A DNA stretch of 64,000 bases from Pristiophorus japonicus (GCF_044704955.1 NC_091994.1:111228001-111292000); one strand, 5' to 3'; positions 23,896 to 35,469 are shown, numbered from the stretch's first letter. Numbers and translations: made by a program. The notes: a model not told the origin generated them from the letters alone.

Positions 23896-24516
23896 AGCTG
23901 TGCCTCAGTGGGTAGCACTCTCGCCTCTGAGTCAGAAGGTTGTGGGTTCAAGTCCCACCCCAGGGACTTGAGCACAAAAATTTAGGCTGACACTCCCAAT
24001 GCAGTGCTGAGGGAGTGCTGCACTGTCAGAGGAGCAATGCTGAGGGAGTGCTGCACTGTCGGAGGGGCAGTGCTGAGGTAGCGCTACACTGTCGGAGGGG
24101 CAGTGCTGAGGGAATGCGGCACTGTCGGAGGTGCCGTCTTTCAGATGAGACGTTAAATCGAGGCCCTGTCTGCCCTCTCAGTTGGATGTAAAAGATCCCA
24201 TGGCACTATTTCGAAGAAGAGCAGGGGAGTTATCCCTGGTGTCCTGGCCAATAATGATCCCTCAATCAACATAACAAAAAAACAGATTATCTGGTCATTA
24301 TCACATAGCTGTTTGTGGGAGCTTGCTGTGTGCAAATTGGCTGCCGCATTTCAACAGTGACTACACTTCATTGAACATAAGAATTAGGAGCAGGAGTCGG
24401 CCACTTGGCCCCTCGAGCCTGCTCCGCCATTCAATAAGATCATGGCTGATCTGGTTGTAAAAAAGTGCATAGGGACGTCCTGAGGTTGTGAAAGGCGCTA
24501 TATAAATGCAAGTCTC
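23896..24516 (+). mobile_element. Deu-domain SINE with internal ~33-bp tandem expansion and an ~80-bp antisense CR1 tail inserted at about 24375-24453
   Basis: A/B boxes at 23900-23960; four gcagtgctgagggagtgctgcactgtcggag units; the SINE tail resumes after the CR1 piece. Confidence 0.85.
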
Positions 24517-25501
24517 TATGATTCCTAGGACATCTTGTTGGTCCCCAATATGTTCCCCCCCCCACCCCCCCCCCCCCCGCAAGCCCTCAACTAAAGGAGG
24601 GAATCTGTGGGTTCGGCTGTTAGTTATGAGGGATTTACAAGACAAACTAAAGCAGTGAAAAATATTAAAGTAAACCATTTCTGAAGCCTGAGGTGGAGAC
24701 AGTGTCAAACTGGAGGGATATGACTTGTGCCTATCGAGAGACTAATCTAACCTTTCCTTAGAATCAGATGAATAACTTGCTGAGATATGTAATTCTTTTA
24801 TTGGTAACAAAAATGAAGAACTGAAAAGGTTAGGTAAGTTAGATCCCTGTAATGTTATCAAACTGATGGTGATGGATGGAAGCCGTTATGTCTTCCTGGT
24901 GTTTGCCAGAATCATTTTGCTACAATATTTGCATTAGAAGAAAATTTAGATGCTCAGAGTCTGACAGCTGATTCCCATCCAGAGTCATTTAGATATCAGC
25001 TGAAATTATTCATTACTGGTATTTCCGATATAATGATAGATGCAAACTGTGCATATTGTCACCATACTCCATCCCACAAAGAACAGCACAGTTTGAGTCA
25101 TCTACTGGTGGGCTGAGAGTGGGAAATATCAAAGAGAGGAGCCATTTTGTCAGGAAAACTGAAAATTGATCCCATTAATTATTCCAAATATGTCTCGTTA
25201 GTATTATCTTGATCAAGAGGTCCAAACTAATCAATAATTGAGCCGTTGCCTCAACCAGGAATGACAAGGATTTGGTAACCCTTGCAGAATTCATTGCCTC
25301 CACAATCCCCCCTGACAGAAAATGCATTGAGTGTTAGAAGAAAAGAATTAAGAGATGACCCAGAAGACCAAATGTTCCGCAATCGTCCACCTCAAGCTCT
25401 AGTTACCAAAGCAAGGTCAAAAACCACTGCTCCTCTATCCCTCCTGGCCCCACCACCCTGCACCACCCCACCCTCCAACATCCCCCCCCGCCAGCCCACC
25501 C

Positions 25502-25775
25502 TGTAATGTATGCATCTGTGAGTATGCTCACAGGTTTGTAGAGCTGTTGCATTGTGAGTGGCTCAGCCAATCACGTAATGTTCACAAGACTCAATAAAAT
25601 CCCAGCCAGTTGGGTCTAGGTCATCCACGATGAGGTATGTAGCTGTGAGCCTGGTGGATGAACTGGTAACGTGTAGTGTGATTGTTAAACCTTTGTTAAT
25701 AAATCAACTGATTCTTAATAGCAATGTGTTGCTATGAATTCTAAAGCAAAGAGCCCACGAAGCAAATATATGCCG
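25502..25775 (+). mobile_element. Solo LTR (copy 2)
   Basis: Colinear with 22546-22819; starts TGTAATGTA; 3' end degraded; imperfect TSD CACCC/CTCCC. Confidence 0.8.
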
Positions 25776-26110
25776 CTCCCCCCCCCCTGCCCGCGCCACA
25801 ACCCCCACCCTTCAGATCAGTTTCAAGTACCTTTCTGAACAAATCAGGACAAAATTAACCAAGAGTTCACAAATGAGACTTCCTAAAATTCCGGGAAACA
25901 TAAGAATTAGGAGCAGGAGTCAGCCATTCGGCTCCTCGAGCCTGCTGTGCCATTCAATCAGATTATGGCTGATCTTCTACCTCAACTCCACTTTCATGCA
26001 CTATCCCCATATGCCTTGCTTCCCTTAATATCCAAAAATCTATCATAAGAACATAAATAATAGTAGTAGGAGTAGGCCATACGGCCCCTCGAGCCTGCTC
26101 CACCATTTAA

Positions 26111-28465
26111 CACAAAAGGATAGTATGCAGGTACAGCAAGGTGTTATAAAAGGGGTCTAGTAAGAAGGAGGAACTGAGGGAAATCCTTATTAGTTGGGAA
26201 ATAGTGTTGGGGAAATTGATGGGATTGAAGGCTGATAAATCCCCAGGGCCTGATGGTCTGCATCCCAGAGTACTTAAGGAGGTGGCCTTGGAAATAGCGG
26301 ATACATTGACAGTGATTTTCCAACATTCCATAGACTCTGGATCAGTTCCTATGGAGTGGAGGGTAGCGAATGTAACCCCACTTTTTTAAAAAGGAGGGAG
26401 AGAGAAAACAGGGAATTATAGACTGGTCAGCCTGACATCGGTAGTGGGTAAAATGATGGAATCAATTATTAAAGATGTCATAGCAGCGCATTTGGAAAGA
26501 GGTGACATGATAGGTCCATGTCAGCATGGATTTGTGAAAGGGAAATCATGCTTGACAAATCTTCTGGAATTTTTTAGGATGTTTCCAGTAGAGTGGACAA
26601 GGGAGAACCAGTTGATGTGGTGTATTTGGACTTTCAGAAGGCTTTCGACAAGGTCCCACACAAGAGAGTAATGTGCAAAGTTAAAGCACATGGGATTGGG
26701 GATAGTGTGCTGACGTGGATTGAGAACTGGTTGGCAGACAGGAAGCAAAGAGTAGGAGTAAATGGGTACTTTTCAGAATGGCAGGCAGTGATTAGTGGGG
26801 TACCGCAAGGTTCTGTGCTGGGGCCCCAGCTGTTTACATTGTACATTCATGATTTAGACGAGGGGATTAAATGTAGTATCTCCAAATTTGCGGATGACAC
26901 TAAGTTGGGTGGCAGTGTGAGCTGCGAGGAGGATGCTATGAGGCCTTGGATAGGTTAGGTGAGTGGGCAAATGCATGGCAGATGAAGTATAATGTGGATA
27001 AATGTGAGGCTATCCACTTTGGTGGTAAAAACAGAGAGACAGACTATTATCTGAATGGTGACAGATTAGGAAAAGGGGAGGTGCAACGAGACCTGGGTGT
27101 CATGGTTCATCAGTCATTGAAGGTTGGCATGCAGGTACAGCAGGCGGTTAAGAAAGCAAGTGGCACGTTGGCCTTCATAGCGAGGGGATTTGAGTACAGG
27201 GGCAGGGAGGTGTTGCTACAGTTGTACAGGGCCTTGGTGAGGCCACACCTGGAGTATTGTGTACAGTTTTGGTCTCCTAACTTGAGGAAGGACATTCTTG
27301 CTATTGAGGGAGTGCAGCGAAGGTTCACCAGACTGATTCCCGGGATGGCGGGACTGACATATCAAGAAAGACTGGATCAACTGGGCTTGTATTCACTAGA
27401 GTTCAGAAGAATGAGAGGGGATCTCATAGAAATGTTTAAAATTCTGACGGGTTTAGACAGGTTAGATGCAGGAAGAATGTTCCCAATGTTGGGGAAGTCC
27501 AGAACCAGGGGTCACAGTCTAAGGATAAGGGGTAAGCCATTTAGGACCGAGATGAGGAGAAACTTCTTCACCCAGAGAGTGGTGAACCTGTGGAATTCTC
27601 TACCACAGAAAGTTGTTGAGGCCAATTCACTAAATATATTCAAAAAGGAGTTAGATGTAGTCCTTACTACTAGGGGGATCAAGGGGTATGGCGAGAAAGC
27701 AGGAATGGGGTACTGAAGTTGTATGTTCAGCCATGAACTCATTGAATGGCGGTGCAGGCTCGAAGGGCCAAATGGCCTACTCCTGCACCTATTTTCTATG
27801 TTTCTATGATCAGGAAGGCCAATGGTATCTTGGCCTTTATTGCAAAGGGGTTGGAGTATAAAAGCAGAGAAGTTTTGCTACAGCTATACAAGGTTTTGGT
27901 GAGGCCACACCTGGGATACTGCAGCAGATTTGGTTTGCATATTTATGAAAGGATATACTTGCTTTGGAGGCATTTCAGAGAACGTTCACCAGGTTGATTC
28001 CGGGGATGAGGGGGTTGACTTATGAGGAAAGGTTGAGGAGGTTGGGCCCCTACTCATTGGAATTCAGAAGAATGAGAGGTGATCTTATCGAAACGTATAA
28101 GATTATGAGGGGGCTTGACAAGGTGGATGCAAAGTTGTTTCCACTGATAGGGGAGACTTGAACTCGGGGGCATAATCTTAGAATAAGGGACCGCCCATTT
28201 AAAACAGAGATGAGGAGAAATTTCTTCTCTGAGAGTTGTAAATCTGTGGAATTCGCTGCCTCAGAGAGCTGTGGAAGCTGGGACATTGTCTATTTCGGTC
28301 TTAAATTTATTCCGTTTCTTAACCAATAAGGGGATAAGGGGTTATGGGGAACGGGCAGGGAAGTGGACCCGAGTCCATGATCAGATCAGCCATGATCTTA
28401 TTGAATGGCGGAGCAGGCTCGAGGGGCCGTATGGTCTACTCCTGTTCCTATTTCTTATGTTCTTA
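26111..28465 (+). mobile_element. CR1-A fragment, third layer (26111-26143 and 27807-28465)
   Basis: ..MQVQQ.V at 26111-26143 continues as IRKANGILAFIAKG at 27809; TTCTTATG tail at 28452-28465. Confidence 0.82.
26144..27808 (+). mobile_element. CR1-B LINE, 5'-truncated, innermost layer
   Basis: RT pieces 26204-26389, 26444-26671, 26593-26958 and 26946-27716; tttctatgtttctatg tail. Confidence 0.93.
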
Positions 28466-29279
28466 ATACGATCATGGCTGATCCGATCATGGACTCAGGT
28501 CCACTTCCCTGCCCGCTCTCCATAACCCTTTATTCCCTTATCGGTTAAGAAACTGTCTATCTCTGTCTTAAATTTATTCAATGTCCCAGCTTCCACAGCT
28601 CTCTGAGGCAGCAAATTCCACAGATTTACAACCCTCTGAGAGAAGAAATTCCTCCTCATCTCAGTTTTAAATGGGCGATCCCTTATTCTAAGATTATGCC
28701 CCCGAGTTCAAGTCTCCCCTATCAGTGTCCTCTCTATCCTCTCCTCTCTGCATCCACCTTGTCAAGCCCCCTCATAATCTTATACATTTCGATAAGATCA
28801 CCTGATCTATCTCTGTCTTGAATATACTCTAAGATTGAGCCTCCCTAGTCCTCTGGGGGTAGAGAATTCCAGAGATTCACCACCCTTTGAGTGAAAAAAT
28901 TTCTCCTCATCTCAGTCCTAAATGGCTGACTCCTTATTCTGAGACTGTGACCCCTGGTTCTAGACTCCCCAGCCAGGGGAAACATCCTCCCTGCATCTAC
29001 CCTGTCAGAATTTTGTATGTTTCAACAATGGGGCAAAATACGTTGTTTTCGAACGAACCATACACAATGAGCTGCGATCAGTCTCAGTATTCAGTTCCAA
29101 CATGTACCGTTGACACTGGGCATTCTTGGAACACGGGGCAATCAAGACAGCGACTGAGTCTTGGCCACTGAAGAGGCATCTTGGACCCTGTTCAGGAACC
29201 CCTTTCATTTCACAGCGTGCTCACCCATTGCACGGACACACACATCCTGCAGGGCTGTTTGAGGTGGAAGTATTTATTG

Positions 29280-29885
29280 CAACAACAACAACTTGTATTT
29301 ACATAGCACTTTTGACGTAGTAAAACACCCCAAGGTGCTTCACAGGAGCGTTAGAAGGCAAAACATTTGGCACCGAACCGCATAAGAAATTAGGGCAGAT
29401 GACTTGGTCAAAGAGGTTGGTTTTTAACACTCCTGTGAAGTGTCTTGAGACATTTTACTACGTTAAAAGGCGCCATATAAATACAATTTGTTGTTTTAAG
29501 GAACGTCTGAAAGGAGGAAAGAGAGGTAGAGAGGCAGAGGGGTTTAGGCAGGGAGTTCCAGAGCCTGGGGCCCAGGCAACAGAAGGCACGGCCACTAATG
29601 GTTGAGTGATTATAATCAGAGATGCTCAAGAGGGCAGAATTAGAGGAGCGCAGATATCTCGGTGGGGTTGTGGGGCTGAAGGAGATTACAGAGATAGGGA
29701 GGGGCGAGGCCATGGAGGGATGAGAATTTTGAAATCGAGGCGTTGCTTAACCGGGAGCTAATGTAGGTCAGCGAGCACAGGGGGTGATGGGTGAGCGGGA
29801 CTTGGTGCAAGTTAGGACACGAGCAGCAGAGTTTTGGATGACCTCAAAGTATAGGGTAGAGCATGGGAGGCCAGCCAGGAGTGGA
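29280..29885 (-). mobile_element. L2-clade LINE 3' fragment
   Basis: Colinear with 57435-57945, which encodes LHWLP; (TTG)n tail; carries a short antisense copy of its own tail at about 29428-29493. Confidence 0.82.
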
Positions 29886-30726
29886 GTGCACTGTAATTAG
29901 GTATTGGTGTTAAAAGGAATCATTGGCTGAGGATTATTGGCCCACACATTTTAATCATTTGCATAAAGAACAGTGTAATCCATAATAATAACCACACCCA
30001 GCACACAATTCTTCAGTTTGGTTAAATCTGCACAGACTTTCTGGAGTCTGTAGCAGCCACAAACGCCCACTGATATACCTTTAATGCCATTATTTTATTA
30101 AGATGTTGCAATAAGAATAGGAACACAAGAATGTATGAAATGAGAGAAAACTATTCAGCCACAAAGACTGCTTCTTTTAACAAGCCACGTACAGCTTGCA
30201 CATTAACTTTGAGAAAAAAATTACATTTATACAGGAAGTTAATGTAATATAGGGTAGTGCACAGAGTAGTAAAGATGATTAGTTATACACCAGATATTTA
30301 TACGTAGTTGGAAATAATACATATTAAACTATATAGGAATGAAAATTTGTGAAGTTATTTGAGCCTCGAAATCGCACAGTGCATGTCACTGTATGAATGC
30401 CGAATGTGCTCTGTTCATTTCATTTGTTCATCATTTTAGTGCAAATACTAAACTGTTAATAATAAACAGGTTGACATCTCTTAAAAGCAGTGGAAAAAGT
30501 AATTTCATACAAATGTGCTCAGTGTGTGTACGGTTAATATTTCCAGGCAACAACTTGTGGCAAATGACTGAAAATAAACTCTTCCAGAAACCAAGCTTTG
30601 TGAAATTCCTCCTCAACTCAAAAGACAAGTGAACAGAAACTGTAGGAAATCGCTGGTAGTTTGACATGTGAGGCAACTCGGTCCCGATGTCCTCTGGTTA
30701 TGTGGGGAAATGGACTATGTCCAAAT

Positions 30727-30869
30727 GATAAGGAGTTATGGGGAGCGGGCAGGGAAATGGACCTGAGTCCATGATCGGATCAGCCATGATCGTATTAAAT
30801 GGTGGAGTAGGCTCGTGGGGCCGTATGGCCTTCTCCTGTTCCTATTTGTTATGTTCTAATGTTCTTATG
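30727..30869 (+). mobile_element. CR1-A 3' tail
   Basis: 3' UTR plus degenerate ttcttatg repeats. Confidence 0.82.
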
Positions 30870-30874
30870 ATAGC

Positions 30875-31136
30875 TGTAATGTATTTGCTTCATGGGTTCT
30901 TTGCTTAAAAATTCATAGCAACACATTGCTATTAAAAACTAGTTAGTTTATTAGCAAAAGGTTTAACAATCACACTACACATTACCAGTTCATCCACCAG
31001 GCTCACAACCACCTGCCTCATCGTGGATCCCCCGAGCCCAACTGGCTGGGGTTTTATTGAGTCTTTTGAACATCACATGACTGGCTAAGCCACTCCCACT
31101 CAACCTGTGAGCATCCTCACAGGTGCATACATTACA
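30875..31136 (-). mobile_element. Solo LTR (copy 3)
   Basis: TGTAATGTA...TACATTACA termini, 5-bp TSD ATAGC (30870-30874 and 31137-31141); reverse complement of copy 1. Confidence 0.87.
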
Positions 31137-31584
31137 ATAGCCTTAACTGAGCTCCGTAAACAGTAACATCTCGTCTACATCATCGAGTCGGGCACAATAC
31201 AGATAAAAAGGCCCTAGAAATTGGTTAATGCTGCCCCCATTTTTTAAGCGCAAAACGGACACCTAAGCAAGCGTCCAATATGGCAAGCGGTGTTCACCCA
31301 CACATTCCGTGCCATGTTGGTAAAGGCTGCAGTATTGGTGTCATGGCCCTCACCAATAATACACGTTAGGCCCTTGCATATGCAAAGAGAGGGCTTCTCT
31401 CGATCGATTGCTCCCCCCCCTTCTTGATCACCACTTCTCCCCCTTCCCTCGCCCCAGGACCTACCCAAGGCGGTCTGCAATTTACCTCCGCTTTGCTGCC
31501 AAGCTGGCTGGAGATGCACAAGCAAGCGTCTGCAGCTCACCGGCCTAATTTAAATGAGGCCCGAGGCACACTCGGTAGATGGAG

Positions 31585-32143
31585 AGAGGATATTTCCCCT
31601 CATGGGGAGTCTAGAACTAGGGGGCATAGTTTCAGAATAAGAGGTCACCCATTTAGAACTGAGATGAGGAGGAATTTCTTCTCTCAGAGGAATTCTCTGC
31701 CCCAGAGAGCTGTGGAGGCTGGGTCATTGAATATATTTAAGGTGGAGATAGACAGATTTTTGAACGATAAGGGAGTCGAGGGTCATGGGGAGCGGGCAGG
31801 GAAGTGGAGCTGAGTCCATGATCAGATCAGCCACGATCGTAAGAACATAAGAAAATAAGAAATAGGAGCAGGAGTAGGCCAAACGGCCCCTCGAGCCTGC
31901 TCTGCCATTTAATACGATCATGGCTGATCCAATCATGGACTCAGCTCCACTTCCCCGCCCACTCCCCATGACCCTTGATTCCCATTGCTCAAAAATCTGT
32001 CTATCTCCACTTTAAATATATTTAATGACCCAGCCTCCACAGCTCTCTGGGGCAGAGAATTCCACACATTGAAGAAATTCTTCCTCATATTGAATGGCGG
32101 AGCAGGCTCGAGGGGCCGAATCCTGCTCCTATTCCTTATGTTC
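31585..32143 (+). mobile_element. CR1-A 3' fragment with an antisense CR1-A 3' fragment (31840-32087) inserted in its UTR
   Basis: Host gccacgatcgTA resumes as TAttgaatggcgg at 32088; the insert begins with the reverse-complemented tail taagaacataag. Confidence 0.85.
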
Positions 32144-32810
32144 ACTCGATATTGGGCCTTGGACCTACCTACTCCGGTGTAGGGACCGTTCCCTGTCCCG
32201 AGGTCACGTTGGCAGTCCAGCACTATCCACTATTATCCCCCAGGTCCTCAGGTTTGCATCACTTAGACCGAGGCTGTTGAATTATTGACGTTAGGCAGAA
32301 TATTAAAAACAGTGGGTTGGCCTGTGGGCCACGGGAAAGTTTGAGTCCCAAGGCTGCCAGCCATTTGCATTTGCTTGCCACAATTGGATGGTTTTGAACA
32401 GATGGTTTTGATTGGAGGAGTCTTCCCAGAAGAAGTCAGGGCCATCTGCTTCATTCCACCAAAAGCCAAGGTGAGGTTTTCTTTGAATAACCTCAGATTG
32501 GCACTGGTGGCATCAGCATAGGTTGGATTCTTCATGGTCGCTGATGTGCGAAAACAAGAAATCCATTCAAGGGAGGAGAGGAAATGGACAACAAAATCTA
32601 GAGATAGGCTAAAAAGATTACATTCTGACAGCTTCAAAATAATATCTTAGAAGTGTCATAACAAAGCTACTAGAATTCAAACACAATTTTATTGCAAACA
32701 GAATTTGGTTCAGAAAGTAAAGGATTTCCTTGTCAATGTGCATGGGGTTAGTGGGTGGGTTAGCCCCATCAGTCCTGACAACGTTCTACAGTGGTCCAAG
32801 TTTGCTGAAA

Positions 32811-33092
32811 ACAACAACAACTTGTATTTATATAGCACCTTTGACATAGTGAAACATCCCAAGGTGCTTCACAGGAGTGTTGTGAAAGAAAAAGATTCGA
32901 CACGGAGCCGCATAAGGAGAAATCAGGGCAGTGACCAAAAGCTTGGTCAGAGAGGTAGGTTTTAAGGAGCGTCTTGAAGGAGGAAAGAGAGGTAGAGAGG
33001 CGGAGAGGTTTAGGAGGGAGTTCCAGAGCTTGGGGTCCAGGCAACAGAAGGCACGGCCACCAATGGTTGAGCGATTATAATCAGGGATGCTC
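32811..33092 (-). mobile_element. L2-clade LINE 3' fragment
   Basis: acaacaacaacttgtatttatatagc start; matches the other L2 ends. Confidence 0.82.
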
Positions 33093-34679
33093 GAGAAAAC
33101 TGGAATTTTATAAGACGCAACGACTATTGCAGCAGACTGAGATCAAATCAACCTCGTTCTGATGATATCCTATTCTCTTTATCTCCCAAATCGCACATTA
33201 GTTCAAAGGAATTTTCTATTTTCTTTAGAACAAGTAAAAAGACTGCAAAGAATGCATTCTGAGCAGTTTGTGAAGTATTTGCCTCGGTTCTGAGTCAAAG
33301 TCCATCTTATGAGGAAATGGCTTTGCTTTTCTTAGCCCCTATCAACAAGTCACAGAATTGTTGACTTTGAGATCATAAAATGGTACAAATAGGGTTTAAA
33401 AAGAGAGAGAAAAAAAAGTGGCATGAACAAGTTCTTTAATTAATACGGCTTTGCGACGTGGATTTTAAAATATTTAATAAGCAGCCACTAAAGTATTGGT
33501 TTAACTTCCACATAATGAGAAAGGTGGAGGTTGTCATGGCAAAAGCACCTCATTATGGAGACACACCCTTTTTTAATGTGATTCATATGGTTATTGTCTC
33601 CGGCAATTAGCACGACAAACTTTATCCCGCAAAAAATATATATATATATTACTGGCAGTCTCTAGACAAACAGCCTATTGAACTTTAATCGTACAATTCC
33701 ACTTCAAACCAACTGAATTTATAGTCACTAAAGTGCACTTCGATCAAAGACCATAAAAGTGCTGCTTTTTCTTTATTTTAAACAATACGAAATCATTTCC
33801 TGTTCAAACTGAAAGTGTTCCAAACAGCGCGAGAAATTCCTTCTGTTTTTTTTGTGTTTTTCTGTTGTTTATGCATTATTAACTACCTGTGGAATGGGTG
33901 TGTTTGTCTTAGTACCTATGTGAAGTCATGCTCCAAAAATGTAATGCAAAACACTTTCATGCCATGACATATCATACTGATTTAATATTATGTTTCCTCT
34001 CTTTATAAAACTATGCAACTCGTGCTCTTTAAATATACCTCAATGTACTATTTGATTAGGCCATTTATTATTGCTTTACCTAATCACCAATATTGCAATG
34101 AGCTTGGCGTGTTCTGTTTTGTCTCAGGATTATGAAATCTGCAGCTCTGTGCATTTTTATACATTTCTGTCTAAATCAACAGCATTACTAAAGTCACAGA
34201 TGCTATCTGCTTTTCTGCCCTGTTTCTCATTTGTATTGAAAAATGCGTAAAATTAAAGTGCACTGGTCCCCTTCGGACTTATTTGCGCTTATTTCCTGCT
34301 AAGTGCTTATTTAAAAGTTATTTATATTTTATTGCAGCAATTTACCTCCTGATACTCTGAGCCTCTGCATCAACCTTGAATACAGGCTGATGATCAACTC
34401 TTATTTCCTAAAACTGACTTGAAATTGACAAGGGATGCGGATGGAAATACTAGAGTTGCGTAACATCACTTGTAATGCAATTTACGGTTAGCCCCGTCTT
34501 GCCAGGCAATGCGGGAAAGGGCAAGATGACCAGACAGGGCCGCTGAAGGTCGACCATGTCCCACATGAAGCCTAAAGCTATAGTGGGAACCCATTTCCTC
34601 GATGACGACCAATTTGAGTCTCAGATCAAAGCAGAACCTATCAGCCACCAGGGCTTTCAGAGAACCGTAGTGGTCCATG

Positions 34680-35460
34680 TTTTCTTTTATTGATTCCTGG
34701 GATGTGGGCGTCGCTGGCAAAGCTGGCATTTATTGCCCATCCCCAATTGCCCTTGAGAAGGTGGTGGTGAGCCACCTTCTTGAACCACTGCAGTCCGTGT
34801 GGTGAAGGTGCTCCCACAGTGCTGTTAGGGAGGGAGTTCCAGGGTTTTGACCCAGCGACGATGAAGGAACGGCCGATATATTTCCAAGTCAGGATGGTGT
34901 GTGACTGGGAGGGGAACGTGGAGGTGGTGATGTTCCCATGCATCTGCTGCCCTTGTCCTTCTAGGTGATAGAGGTCGCGGGTTTGGGAGGTGCTGCCGAA
35001 GAAGCCTTGGCGAGTTGCTGCAGTGCATCTTGTAGATGGTGCACACTGCAGCCACGGTGCACCGGTGGTGGAGGGAGTGAGTGTTGAAGTGGGAAATGGG
35101 ATGCTAATCAAGCGGCCTGCTTTGTCCTGGATGATGTTGAGCTTCTTGAGTGCTGTTGGAGCTGCACTCCAGGCAAGTGGAGAGTATTCCATCACACTCC
35201 TGACTTGTGCTTTGTAGATGGTGGAAAGTCTTTGGGGAGTCAGGAGGTGAGACACTCGCCACAGAATACCCAGCCTCTGACCTGCTCTTGTTGCCACAGT
35301 ATTTATGTGGCTGGTTCAGTTAAATTTCTGGTCAATGGTGATCCCCAGGATGTTGATGGTGGGGGATTTGGCGATGGTGATGCCGTTGAATATCAAGGGG
35401 AGGTGGTTAAGACTCTCGCTTGTTGGAGATCGTCATTGCCTGGCACTTGAGTGCGCGAAT
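34680..35460 (-). mobile_element. Zenon-like CR1-group LINE 3' fragment
   Basis: ORF 34641..35297 reads AGQRLGIL..TIYKAQVRSVMEYSPLAW..WNSLPN; same tail as 7262. Confidence 0.75.
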
Positions 35461-35469
35461 GTTTCTGCG

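Larger units (their letters stand above)
26045..28803 (-). mobile_element. CR1-A 3' fragment, second layer (26045-26110 and 28463-28803)
   Basis: ccatTTAA at 26103-26110 continues as TTAAtacgatcatggctg at 28463. Confidence 0.82.
25896..29025 (-). mobile_element. CR1 3' fragment, outermost layer of a four-level nest (25896-26044 and 28805-29025)
   Basis: The two parts join to match the uninterrupted copy at 39144-39505; ATCTATC on both sides. Confidence 0.8.

Noticed and set aside
22546-25775. Two direct LTRs 2.7 kb apart as one proviral element
   Set aside because: Copy 1 has its own AAGAC TSD on both sides; the interior shows no PBS or gag-pol and contains a SINE and unique DNA.
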